Source of the DNA: Thiohalospira sp.
GTDB taxonomy: Bacteria; Bacteroidota; Bacteroidia; Bacteroidales; UBA12077
DNA: 64,000 nt
NCBI GenBank assembly: GCA_046538755.1
Contig: JBKHIH010000005.1
Location: forward strand, 3,061-67,060
Direction: 5' to 3'
Shown here: positions 1 through 9,482 of the stretch, piece by piece
How positions within the stretch are numbered: the stretch's first letter is position 1
Layout: each line of letters begins with the position of its first letter
Program-made: the position numbers and the translations under genes
Notes under the pieces: model-generated
Told to the model about the DNA's origin: nothing
Database searches by the model: none
Seen by the model: the letters and a program-made list of their open reading frames with translations, nothing else

Positions 1-2879
1 AATCGAAAGGTTTAACTGATTTAAGTTTATTCCAAAATCGATTGTTTGATCTCCGGGAAAATAATTACCTGAAATAGTAAAGTTTTTTAAATTATTTTGC
101 TGTGTATATGCATCCAGATTAATGGCTTTTTTTTCTTCTTTCCAGGTAGTAAAAATTTGGGTATAACCTAATAATTCGTTGTTTAATTCTAAATCATCTA
201 CAATTATTTTAGAGTGAAAAAGAGGGTTTTGATATAAGTTTGAAAAGTTTGCATTTCCATTAATTTTACCATCAAAGTATAAATTTTTGTCTTTAGTAAT
301 GATGTTAATATGTGATAAGTTTAAATCAGAAAATCTCATGAATAGTGAGTCCTCAGGACTTTCGGAAATTTTGCCATTTATTTTTAAAAACTGGTTTTTG
401 TGATTAATCGTAAAATTGTTGACTGTAAAAGCTGTACTGTCAATTTTTAATGTTGATTTATGGATGTTCCATACAGAATCACGAACTATTACTTTTGATG
501 GAAGAACAGTAATATTAAAGGATGGCTCTTCGAAAGCTTGTTTTTGTTTAATATGTGTCGAGGCTAAAATTTTACCGTTGTATTCATCATCATTATCATC
601 ATTATTATCATTGTCCCAATCAATTTTTAAATTAATTTCATTATTGCTGGTGATCGAAGTGGTATTAAAATTTTCGAAGTAAATATGTTCGTTTAACAAA
701 ACACTGCTGGTTTTAGTTGAAGCAGTAAAAATACTGTCGTCCGATATGGTTTTTACAGTAAGGTTTTCGAATGTATGATTTTTAAATGAGGCTTTTTTTG
801 ATTTTGCATTTAGAATTAATAGCTGTTTAGAAGCAGAATATTTTAAGTTTAATTGAGCACTGTCACTTATTGTAATCGAAGGAATAAAAAATTGGGTAAT
901 AAGGTTTGTATTTTTTAAATTTAAATTTAATTGAAAACTATTATCTAAATTCAGTTTGGTAGTGTCTGTAGGTTCTGTAATTAAAGCAGGGACATAATTG
1001 AAAAATAAGTTTTTTAAAGATTGATAAATGGTTGATGATTGATAACTCCCCGTTAAATCTCCGTCAATATAATCAGAATTTAAAGTAATTTTATGGGTAT
1101 CATTTAAATGCTCTGATGTAATTTTAAGGGTGTCGAAATTCATGCTTTGATTAAATTTTATCAGCTCAGCTTCGGAAAAGTTTATTTCTCCTTCGGCATG
1201 ATCAATATTTATTCCTTTAAAATTGGCATTTACATTAAATGATAAAAGTGAAGTAGTATCCTTTTTATCAATATTTAATCCGTATAGATTAGCTTTTGGA
1301 ACATCTGCTGTAAAATTAAATACAGGGATATCATCAGAAAAATCAATATTTCCGGCAAAATCCAGTTCAATATTAGGGTCGCTAATACTTAAAATTCCGT
1401 CGTATGTTTTTTCGGTTAAAAAACCGTCAATGTTAATATTTTGATAATTGTAATTATTGATTTTGATATTTTTAATGGTTCCGTCGGTATTGGCTTTAAT
1501 GGTTTTATCGCGTCCGATGATTCCATCAATTTCAGCATTCATCGTAATTTTTCCAACAACTTTGCTGTTTTCAACTAAATCTCCAACTTTAAAATCGGTA
1601 GTTTGCAGTTTTCCATCAAAAGCAAGTGTTCTTGAAGTATCGGGCTTAAGAGAAAGGTCGGTGGAAATACTTCCAAGGCCTGTTATAAATTTACCGTAAG
1701 TAACAAAATCATCAATAAAACCAGTAAAAATTCCCTGATAACTAATGATTCCTAATTTGTTAAAATTATCAGGAATTGAGAATGCACTATTTTTTTTGGT
1801 AAACTTATTAATGATTTCGAAATCTTTGGCCGGTGCAGAAAATTTTTTGAAATTAGCATATATAAAGGTTTCGTTGATGTTTGGCAGCCCGTTGAAATCA
1901 AAATCAGAAATTAGCTCAGTTTGTTTTCCAATCAAAAATTTTACGTCTTTTCCTTTTAAAGAACTGATTTTACCATGTATACGGCCTGAAAGTACAAGGT
2001 TAACATCAATATCTTTTAATTTTGGAGCAAAATATTCAACATCATAGAGGCTTACATTCGATTCACGAAATGCAAAGTCTAAATTAACCAATTGATTAAA
2101 TTCTTTATAATCATCAAAATCATTATGTTTGAATGATATAGAATCAGAATAAATAAACGAATGAGGTGTTCTAATTTTTACGTTTTTAAACAACATATGC
2201 TGATTACCAATACTCATATTGGTTTTTAAACTATATAAGTGAAAACCTGACTGTTCGGTGAATTTTAACTTTTTAATGTAGAAATTGGCAACCTTATTTT
2301 TTACTTTAAGTTTTTTAACTACCAGATCATCTATATAGCAAACGAGGTTGCTAAAATCTATACCATAAGGCTTGCTTAAGTCTTTGTAAGTCCGAAAACG
2401 AAATATGGACTTATGCATTTCTATATTCCTGAAATTAATTTCCCATCTTGGTTTGGTATTCGTGCTGTTACGTTTAATCTCATCTATAATAAATTTCAGG
2501 TTAATTGGTTCGAGAGAATCTGGTTTATTTAAATAAAACCGGGCATTTACGAGGTTAACATTATTAATATCAACAATCTGGTTTTTGCGGTCAATTTTTC
2601 GGAGGTGTGTAATTAACTCATTGGCAAAAAGTAGCGAATCCTGGTTTTGGTCTTCAACGTAAACATTATGAAGTACTACCTTGTTGAAAAACCGGTAATT
2701 TACCGATTCGACTTTAAATTTAGCATTTAAATTTTCAGAAACTGTTTGGGCTATTTGCTGGGTAATGTAAGTTTGTACTGTTTTGTTTTGTAGAACAAAA
2801 TATGCTGTTACCGGTATAACTATAATTACCAGTAAAATAATGATTAATATTTTATATATTTTTTTAATACTTTTGCCCA
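1..2879 (-). CDS. TamB/AsmA-like translocation-and-assembly-module protein, N-terminal ~959 codons (gene continues past window start)
   Basis: Absent from the ORF track because it has no in-window stop. Reverse-strand ATG at 2879-2877 gives MGKSIKKIYKILIIILLVIIVIPVTAYFVLQNKTVQTYITQQIAQTVSENLNAKFKVESVNYRFFNKVVLHNVYVEDQ... This is one N-terminal TM anchor followed by a long Asn/Ile/Lys-rich beta-type region. I read it without stops toward the window edge. The + strand ORFs at 416-2047 are short low-complexity shadows. Confidence 0.7.
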
Positions 2880-2940
2880 TTAAATACTTAACGCAAAAGA
2901 AGTAAAAAAAATTATAAAAAACTTAAAATCCGGATAATAA

Positions 2941-3960
2941 ATGAGCATTACGATATTAGGGATTGAATCATCATGTGACGATACTTCGGCAGCTATAATT
3001 AAAGACGGTTATATCTTATCAAATTTTATTGCTAATCAGGAGGTTCATAAAGCTTATGGGGGTGTTGTACCGGAGTTGGCATCCAGGGCGCATCAACAAA
3101 ATATTATACCTGTAGTTGACCAGGCGCTAAAAACCGCCAGAGTTAAAAAAGAAGATGTTAGTGCTATTGCATTTACGCGCGGCCCCGGATTATTAGGTTC
3201 TTTACTTGTGGGAACATCATTTGCTAAATCGTTTGCTTTAGCAATGGATATTCCTTTGGTCGAAGTTAATCATTTGCAGGCTCATATTTTAGTACATTTT
3301 ATTAAAGAACTTGAAAAAGAAAATAAACAACCACAATTCCCTTTTTTGTGTTTACTGGTTTCTGGCGGGCATACGCAAATTGTTGTAGTTAAAGACTATT
3401 TGGATATGAAAATAATTGGGCAGACTATTGATGATGCTGCAGGCGAAGCTTTTGACAAATGTGCAAAAGTAATAGGGCTGCCTTATCCTGGCGGGCCGGT
3501 TATTGATAAAAAGGCCAAACTAGGGAATAGGGAGGCGTTTACATTTAATAAGCCTAAAATTAAAGGTTTAGAGTACAGTTTTAGCGGGCTTAAAACATCA
3601 TTTTTATATTTTATCAGAGATGAAATGAAAAAGGATCCTGATTTTGTAAAAAATAATATGAATGATCTTTGTGCCAGTATTCAGTATACTATTATAGATA
3701 TTTTGATGGAAAAGCTGGAAATGGCTTCTAAACAAACAGGGATTAAACAAATTGCTGTTGCAGGTGGTGTTTCTGCTAATTCCGGATTAAGAAATGCATT
3801 ATCGGAGAAAGCGAATATTTATGGTTGGGAAACTTATATTCCAGCATTTAAATTTACAACCGATAATGCAGCAATGATAGCTATAACCGGTTATTATAAA
3901 TTTTTAAATAAAGATTTTGCCTCCCAGGAAATTGCACCGTTGGCCAGATTTACGTATTAG
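2941..3960 (+). CDS. tsaD: tRNA N6-adenosine threonylcarbamoyltransferase TsaD (Kae1/Gcp family)
   Basis: 339 aa. N-terminus MSITILGIESSCDDTS, metal-binding H-x3-H (VNHLQAHIL), GGVSANS motif. Full-length family match by eye. Confidence 0.95.
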   Translation: MSITILGIESSCDDTSAAIIKDGYILSNFIANQEVHKAYGGVVPELASRAHQQNIIPVVDQALKTARVKKEDVSAIAFTRGPGLLGSLLVGTSFAKSFALAMDIPLVEVNHLQAHILVHFIKELEKENKQPQFPFLCLLVSGGHTQIVVVKDYLDMKIIGQTIDDAAGEAFDKCAKVIGLPYPGGPVIDKKAKLGNREAFTFNKPKIKGLEYSFSGLKTSFLYFIRDEMKKDPDFVKNNMNDLCASIQYTIIDILMEKLEMASKQTGIKQIAVAGGVSANSGLRNALSEKANIYGWETYIPAFKFTTDNAAMIAITGYYKFLNKDFASQEIAPLARFTY

Positions 3961-3992
3961 ATTTTTTTATTTTTTTAACAAATCTGGAATAA

Positions 3993-4343
3993 TTATTTGT
4001 TCCCTGGTTTATACAATAAAACATTTACGGGATCGATTGTTGCCAAACAACCTTTAGGCATTTCTTTTAATATTGGTTCTATTTGTTGGTAAAAGTTTAT
4101 AATCTTTTCATCTTCGTCAATAATTTCAATAACCATGGGGAGTTTTTCTGTTAATTCCCAGAATTTGGATGAATGAATTACAGAGCTGGCGCCAAATCCT
4201 AATACTCCACGAAGTACAGTAGCTCCGGCCAGATTTTGTTCCTTTGCCATATAAACAATCTTTTCATATAACAAGTCACCGGAAATACGATCAGTACTAC
4301 TCACAAATATCCTTAATAATTTGTTAATCTTATTGTTTTGCAT
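3993..4343 (-). CDS. DUF190 (PII-like, UPF0166) protein, CrcB-associated
   Basis: 116 aa. LRGVLGFG-type core. Its ATG overlaps the crcB stop by 1 nt (TAATG on the minus strand), the usual crcB partner arrangement. Confidence 0.8.
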   Translation of the reverse strand: MQNNKINKLLRIFVSSTDRISGDLLYEKIVYMAKEQNLAGATVLRGVLGFGASSVIHSSKFWELTEKLPMVIEIIDEDEKIINFYQQIEPILKEMPKGCLATIDPVNVLLYKPGNK

Positions 4344-4717
4344 TACAATATTTTTGAAAGATTATAACCTAAATATACAAAAAGAAATGCTAAAAAAACA
4401 CTTAAAGCGGTATAAGCAAATATACCCTGAAAATTAGCATTACGCATCATTAATAAATTTTCACCTGCAAAAGTTGAAAAAGTAGTGAATCCACCACAGA
4501 AACCAACCATTAAAAACATACGCATTTCCAGGCTTAAAAGAATGGAGCGGTCGGCAATGCCTGTTAATAGCCCCAGGAAAAAGCTGCCGGTTATATTAAC
4601 CAGTAAAGTACCTATGGGAAGGGTTGAAAGTGCAGGTATTAAATTTATTTTTGATATGTAATAACGGGCAATACTTCCTAAAAATCCGCCAAAACCAATA
4701 AACAGGGCTATTTTCAT
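4343..4717 (-). CDS. crcB: Fluoride ion channel CrcB/FluC
   Basis: 124 aa, four TM segments. GFGGFLGSIARY and GFCGGFTTFSTF motifs are typical of CrcB. Confidence 0.9.
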   Translation of the reverse strand: MKIALFIGFGGFLGSIARYYISKINLIPALSTLPIGTLLVNITGSFFLGLLTGIADRSILLSLEMRMFLMVGFCGGFTTFSTFAGENLLMMRNANFQGIFAYTALSVFLAFLFVYLGYNLSKIL

Positions 4718-4764
4718 ATTTATTAAATTTTATATAATATTAAAAAAATTGTTTTTGTAAGCCA

Positions 4765-6030
4765 TTAAATATTTTCAATATTTTGATTAATATCATTTTT
4801 TGCCAGATATGAAAAAGATGTTAGCATTAAAAACAAAGCTACCATAGCTAGTGCAATTCCAACATTAAATTTATCGGCAATAAAGCCTAACAAAGGAGCT
4901 ATGATTGCTGCAAATAAACTTTTAGCCTGAGAATTTGCCGACAAGGCTGTGGCTAAAATCTCGTTACTGTATAATTCGCTAACATAAGCAACACCAATAG
5001 GATTGCGCATATTTTCAATTATGTATATGCAAATATAAAAAACGATTGAAAGAAAATAGAAATTAAAATGGTATAATACACCGCTGAGCAAAGCCAGTGA
5101 AAAGCCAACATAAAGGCTTATATTCAGTGCTTTTGGCATTGATTTAAGCTTTTCGGTAAAACGGCCGGATTTTTTTGAGGCAATTGAAGTAAAAATATAA
5201 ACAATAAAATAAACGATGCCGATAATTATTGCTGTACGTTGTTTTTCCTGTAATGCTAAAAAAAATGGAAGCGAAAGTGTAAAAGTTTGAACAACAGGTT
5301 GTAAGTAATCTTTTATAGCCTTATGAAAACCGCTATGCACCGATAAATTAGCAATAGCTTGTAATATGTGTATCTTTTTAAAAGAGTAAATAAAATCTTT
5401 AGTTATCGAAATAAATTTTTTTTGGATATCCTTTATTTTTAGTTTACTGGTTTGCCCGTTAAGCGATTTTGGATAGGAGGCAATTAATAATAAATCCAGA
5501 AAATAGGGTATTGTAGAATAAATAAAAATAGACTGGTAATTTCCCGAATAGAACACAATAGAAGCAGCTAACAGCGAAGAAAGAGCCGATCCCATTTGCG
5601 ACCACGATCTGGTATGGCCATAATAATAAACCCGTTGATTTTTCCATCCTTTTATTTCAAGATATTCAAAAATCATAGCTTTGTGTGTACCTGTCCTGAA
5701 GGCATCGCCTAAAGCATAAAAAAGCATGGCTATAATAAATAATGTGTATTCTTTTGATGAGAAAAAAATGATAAATGAAACGATGTAAAATAAAAAAGAA
5801 AAGGCCATAGTACGCTTTCTACCTAGCGAATCGGCAATTACTCCCGATGGAATTTCAGTAATGTTTACCAGAATTTCACGGATAGCATATAAGGCACCAA
5901 TTTCAAAAAAGCTAAGTCCCTTTTCAAGAAAAAAAAGAATTAAAAATGGCTCGAAAAAGCGCAGGTTTTTAAGAAATCCGTACATGCAAAATTTATAATA
6001 TTGGATATCTTTTGCAAAAGACTGTTTCAC
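4765..6030 (-). CDS. MFS-type transporter
   Basis: 421 aa, about 12 hydrophobic segments. GRKRT loop between TM2 and TM3 is typical of MFS. GTG start (cac at 6028-6030). The internal antisense ORF 5459-5647 is a shadow. Confidence 0.75.
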   Translation of the reverse strand: MKQSFAKDIQYYKFCMYGFLKNLRFFEPFLILFFLEKGLSFFEIGALYAIREILVNITEIPSGVIADSLGRKRTMAFSFLFYIVSFIIFFSSKEYTLFIIAMLFYALGDAFRTGTHKAMIFEYLEIKGWKNQRVYYYGHTRSWSQMGSALSSLLAASIVFYSGNYQSIFIYSTIPYFLDLLLIASYPKSLNGQTSKLKIKDIQKKFISITKDFIYSFKKIHILQAIANLSVHSGFHKAIKDYLQPVVQTFTLSLPFFLALQEKQRTAIIIGIVYFIVYIFTSIASKKSGRFTEKLKSMPKALNISLYVGFSLALLSGVLYHFNFYFLSIVFYICIYIIENMRNPIGVAYVSELYSNEILATALSANSQAKSLFAAIIAPLLGFIADKFNVGIALAMVALFLMLTSFSYLAKNDINQNIENI

Positions 6031-6060
6031 GAGAATATATTTTAGTTAAAAAATTTAACT

Positions 6061-6103
6061 TTTTTATAAAAAAGAAGGTTCAATATTAAAACTTTGAACC
6101 TTC
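6061..6103 (-). terminator. Intrinsic terminator of the 6127-7125 gene
   Basis: Perfect 10-bp inverted repeat GAAGGTTCAA (6074-6083) / TTGAACCTTC (6094-6103). On the minus strand it is followed by a T-run (complement of 6061-6073). Confidence 0.7.
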
Positions 6104-6126
6104 AGAAAAAAAATATTTTTATCAAT

Positions 6127-7125
6127 TTAAACCTTATCTTGAAGTTTACGCGTTGCCAGATATATTAGTCCGATAATGAGTATTAAAAATATAAAGGTAA
6201 AAGCAATTTGCCTTGTTATAATTTTAACAATAGGTTTATTCTTATTAGTTTGATCAGTGATAATTGATATCCCAAAATCGGGTAAACGTGTACCTGCAAC
6301 TTGTTCAATAAATAATAATTCTATCAAAATTTCTTGTTCGCCTATATTAATTTCGGTTGAATAATCTGTTTTATTATTAAAGGTTTTGGTTATTAAACTA
6401 TCTGGAATGTATCTGTTTAAAGCTTCATCTATTAACTGTATCTGATATTCTTCGTTTCCGAACCAGTAATTCACAGATATAATATTTTCATTTTCTGCAG
6501 CTATCTGTTTTAAACGGTTACGGAACATCTCCATAATTTTATCTGCAATAGGCGAATAGCTGCCAATTTCCATTAAGAATTTGGAATCGGGAGTAGGCCT
6601 GTACGAGTAAGATTTTAGCCTTTTAGTAGAAGATTCAAATTGGAATTTTTCTGCATAAAATTCTTGTGATTGAATGATTTTGTCAAATAAATTTATTTTT
6701 TCGCTGCCAAAAGCTGAAAAATCTAAACCCAAATCGGGCAGGTATGTTGTATTTACAACTACATTATTTTCAATAATATAAAGATCATGAAAAACAGAAT
6801 CAAGCCCTAAGATTTTAAGATGTTTATTTAAATCAATATTTTTCAGGTTTTTGGTTTCTGAAATTTCGGCTAACTTATCTAATGATTCTTTTTGTAAATC
6901 GTAAAATGACTGTTCAAAAGTTTTTAATGCAGCTATTTGAAATTCACTTAATCCTTTAATTTCATTTTTGATTTTTTGACGTAAAGTATTTTCACTTTTT
7001 TGTTGAATACGAACTGTGTCTCTTATCGTTATAAAAGCAAGGAATGTATTAAGAATAATAATCACTATAATTACTCTAATAAATAATTTTTTAACGATTG
7101 TTTTTTTGGGATTAAAAATTTTCAT
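6127..7125 (-). CDS. Hypothetical bitopic protein: TM - ~270 aa extracytoplasmic domain - TM, no output domain
   Basis: 332 aa. Hydrophobic helices near residues 15-35 and 300-322, and only ~10 residues after the second TM. No motif I recognise. Confidence 0.6.
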   Translation of the reverse strand: MKIFNPKKTIVKKLFIRVIIVIIILNTFLAFITIRDTVRIQQKSENTLRQKIKNEIKGLSEFQIAALKTFEQSFYDLQKESLDKLAEISETKNLKNIDLNKHLKILGLDSVFHDLYIIENNVVVNTTYLPDLGLDFSAFGSEKINLFDKIIQSQEFYAEKFQFESSTKRLKSYSYRPTPDSKFLMEIGSYSPIADKIMEMFRNRLKQIAAENENIISVNYWFGNEEYQIQLIDEALNRYIPDSLITKTFNNKTDYSTEINIGEQEILIELLFIEQVAGTRLPDFGISIITDQTNKNKPIVKIITRQIAFTFIFLILIIGLIYLATRKLQDKV

Positions 7126-7285
7126 AAATCTAAGGTATAATAAGTTAAATGTTCAAGTTACTAAAAAAGTGAATATTAGCAAATGAAATAATAAAATCTT
7201 TTTGAGAATAATAATAACTTTAAAATGAATATGAATAATTTCCTTAATTTAGCATCCAAATGTTAATTATAAAAAAATTTAGGCT

Positions 7286-8149
7286 ATGATTGATTTAAAA
7301 CAACATCCATTATATAAGCAAATGGAGGTAGATTCGGTATTATCCAATGTTTTTAATATTTACCTTAAAAAATTTGTTAATTTATTTATCTTCAGTTTTA
7401 TTGCTGTTTTTTTTATACAGTTATTGGCCTATAACCTTGGGTTCTTAGATTTATACAAATTTTCCGATCAACCGGAAATTATGCTGAGAGAAATGTCTCG
7501 TTTAATGGGAAAAGTGGGAATTTATACTGTTGGTGCCGTAATTATTTATGGAATTTTAAATGCTTTTTTAGTTAATTATATTTTGAAAAGTGATGTAGAT
7601 CCCAAATTTGCTGTTGGTGATTTATTTATGGAGTCGTTTAAAAAGTATTCCATTCATATGATTTTCTTTTTGATTTTATCTTTTCTTATTGTTTTTTTCG
7701 GAGCTTTGGCTGGAATTCTTGCTTTTATAATTGGATCATTCGTAGCTATTATTTATTTAGGAACCGTTTTGTTCCCGGGAGGTGCTATTGTGGTTGCTGA
7801 AGAGAAAAATGCCATGGAAGCCATCGGAAGAACATTTTCTTTATCTCATAGAGATTTTTGGCCTGCTTTAGGTGCAATGGTATTATTTGTTTTAATTATG
7901 ATTTTTATTTCTATTGTTACTGCGGCTATAATGTCTGTTCCTTTTGTAATTATGTTTTTTGATAATTGGAAAGAAACTGGTAATATTATTGAAGCTTTTA
8001 GTTTACATAAATATGATATTGGAATGTGGACTGTGGTACTTAATTCAATAGTCTCAGCAGTTATATATCCACTTTATGCTATATTTTCTGTTGTTCTTTA
8101 TTTTAAATTAAAATTTACCGAAGATCAAAAAGCTGCTGTTGCTCAATAA
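7286..8149 (+). CDS. Hypothetical polytopic membrane protein
   Basis: 287 aa with about 6 long hydrophobic segments. No catalytic motif recognised. Confidence 0.6.
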   Translation: MIDLKQHPLYKQMEVDSVLSNVFNIYLKKFVNLFIFSFIAVFFIQLLAYNLGFLDLYKFSDQPEIMLREMSRLMGKVGIYTVGAVIIYGILNAFLVNYILKSDVDPKFAVGDLFMESFKKYSIHMIFFLILSFLIVFFGALAGILAFIIGSFVAIIYLGTVLFPGGAIVVAEEKNAMEAIGRTFSLSHRDFWPALGAMVLFVLIMIFISIVTAAIMSVPFVIMFFDNWKETGNIIEAFSLHKYDIGMWTVVLNSIVSAVIYPLYAIFSVVLYFKLKFTEDQKAAVAQ

Positions 8150-8252
8150 TTTTTTACTCTGTTATAAGGTGTTGAAAAAAATATAATGATTGGGATTTCC
8201 GCTAATATCAAAGGATATTTAATTAATACCATTTTAATTTTTCTAAAAAATT

Positions 8253-8280
8253 GGCTCGCTGTAAAAAGCAGCCTTTTTTT
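8253..8280 (+). terminator. Candidate intrinsic terminator ~100 nt after the 7286-8149 gene
   Basis: GGCT(C)GC (8253-8259) pairs with GCAGCC (8268-8273), leaving an 8-nt loop. Followed by T7 (8274-8280). Confidence 0.55.
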
Positions 8281-8417
8281 GTAGGCTTTAAATAAAATGT
8301 AACCTTACGCAACCTTTTTGTTTTTCTTTACATCTTAACAAAGTGGCATGAAAAAATAAGCAATACCCTAACCTAAATATCGATACTGTAAATTTTGCAG
8401 TATTTTTCAAAGACTGG

Positions 8418-8443
8418 AGCGGTGCGTAAGCGCCGCTTTTTTT
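8418..8443 (+). terminator. Strong intrinsic terminator with no coding gene immediately upstream
   Basis: 8-bp stem AGCGGTGC / GCGCCGCT (one G-U pair) closing a GTAA (GNRA) tetraloop. Followed by T7 (8437-8443). Confidence 0.7.
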
Positions 8444-8493
8444 ATTCGAACAATCAATAATTATTTTTTGTTACATGGTAAAAAGTGTAAATT

Positions 8494-8501
8494 TATTTTT
8501 G
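8494..8501 (+). promoter_or_regulatory. Bacteroidota -7 box (TAnnTTTG) for yaaA
   Basis: TATTTTTG lies 18 nt upstream of the ATG at 8519. Confidence 0.4.
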
Positions 8502-8518
8502 TTTCATTAATTTTTAAA

Positions 8519-9286
8519 ATGATGATTATTATAATTTCTCCTGCAAAAACACTCGATTATAAAAATAAGGTACAGACTAACAAATATTCTCAACCCAAAT
8601 TTTTAAAAGAATCGCAAGAATTAGTTAATGAGTTTAAAAAGTTCTCACACAAAGAATTAAGTCAACTTATGGATATAAATCCTGATCTTGCTCAATTAAA
8701 TTATGAAAGATATTTCCAATGGGGGTTGCCTTTTAATCTGTCGAATGCAAAACAAGCTTTACTTGCTTTTAAAGGACAGGTTTTTGTTGGATTAGATGCT
8801 AAATCACTATCAGAAAATGATTTGTTATTTGCTCAGGATCATTTAAGAATTTTATCGGGTTTATATGGTGTGTTGCGTCCACTTGACTTAATGCAGCCTT
8901 ATAGATTAGAAATGGGTACTTCATTAAAAAATTCTAAAGGAGAAAATTTATATAAATTCTGGGATTCAAAAATTACCGATTTTCTCAATCATGAACTTTC
9001 ACATCAGAAAAACCAGGTTTTGGTAAATTTGGCTTCAAATGAATATTTTAAAGCAGTTGTGCCCAAAAAGATTAAGGGTAAAATCATTACGCCTGTTTTT
9101 AAAGAAGCTAAGGGCAATAATTTTAAAGTAATTGCAGTATATTCTAAAACTGCCCGAGGATTAATGAGCCGTTTTATTATTAAAAACAGGATTGAAGATC
9201 CGGAACAATTGAAAGCTTTTGATAGCGAAGGTTATTTATTTAATGAAGAATTATCTACATCCAACGAGTGGGTTTTTACCCGTTAA
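8519..9286 (+). CDS. yaaA: Peroxide stress protein YaaA (DUF328/UPF0246)
   Basis: MMIIIISPAKTLDY... is the family N-terminus. The track ORF begins at an upstream TTG (8468), but ATG 8519/8522 fits the family start and sits just after a -7 box. Confidence 0.85.
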   Translation: MMIIIISPAKTLDYKNKVQTNKYSQPKFLKESQELVNEFKKFSHKELSQLMDINPDLAQLNYERYFQWGLPFNLSNAKQALLAFKGQVFVGLDAKSLSENDLLFAQDHLRILSGLYGVLRPLDLMQPYRLEMGTSLKNSKGENLYKFWDSKITDFLNHELSHQKNQVLVNLASNEYFKAVVPKKIKGKIITPVFKEAKGNNFKVIAVYSKTARGLMSRFIIKNRIEDPEQLKAFDSEGYLFNEELSTSNEWVFTR

Positions 9287-9451
9287 TTGTAGAGGTATTC
9301 TTTTAAACTGCCCTGCAGGCTTATAAATTTGTATTACTTTAGCTTTCGGTTACTCTACAGGGCTCAATTCTTTAATATTTATAAGCCATAACTGGTTTGT
9401 TATAACTTTAGATCTTAACAAAAATTAAATTCCATAATAAAATTTCTTTTA

Positions 9452-9459
9452 TACCTTTG
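9452..9459 (+). promoter_or_regulatory. Bacteroidota -7 box (TAnnTTTG) for the DUF5063/exonuclease/rlmI cluster
   Basis: TACCTTTG lies 24 nt upstream of ATG 9483. Confidence 0.4.
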
Positions 9460-9482
9460 TGCAGAAAAAATATGCATAAGTT

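Noticed and set aside
416-2047. Four + strand ORFs (416-682, 1223-1444, 1457-1699, 1745-2047) in the ORF track
   Set aside because: They give low-complexity Leu/Ser/Phe-rich translations and lie antisense to a long uninterrupted minus-strand frame (the TamB-like gene). They are shadow ORFs.
4718-4764. Looked for a fluoride riboswitch ahead of crcB
   Set aside because: The region is 47 nt of nearly pure A/T with no pairing potential. Reported as an absence (see findings) rather than a feature.
8326-8342. 17-mer CTTTAnATCTTAACAAA shared (16/17) between 8326-8342 and 9406-9422, flanking yaaA
   Set aside because: With this AT-rich composition I estimate tens of 16/17 matches are expected by chance among all position pairs in 64 kb. 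The flanks do not align, so this is not a repeat element.
8424-8432. 9-mer GCGTAAGCG shared by the terminator loop at 8424-8432 and the hairpin at 46619-46627
   Set aside because: Both are simply short GC stems closing a TAAG/GTAA loop. A single shared 9-mer is within chance expectation and the contexts differ.
8468-8518. Upstream TTG start for yaaA, and the upstream ATG (10066) for the exonuclease, as given in the ORF track
   Set aside because: The N-terminal extensions are not family-like. The yaaA extension would sit over its own -7 box. The exonuclease extension lies wholly inside the DUF5063 coding region. The downstream ATGs (8519, 10117) fit the family N-termini.
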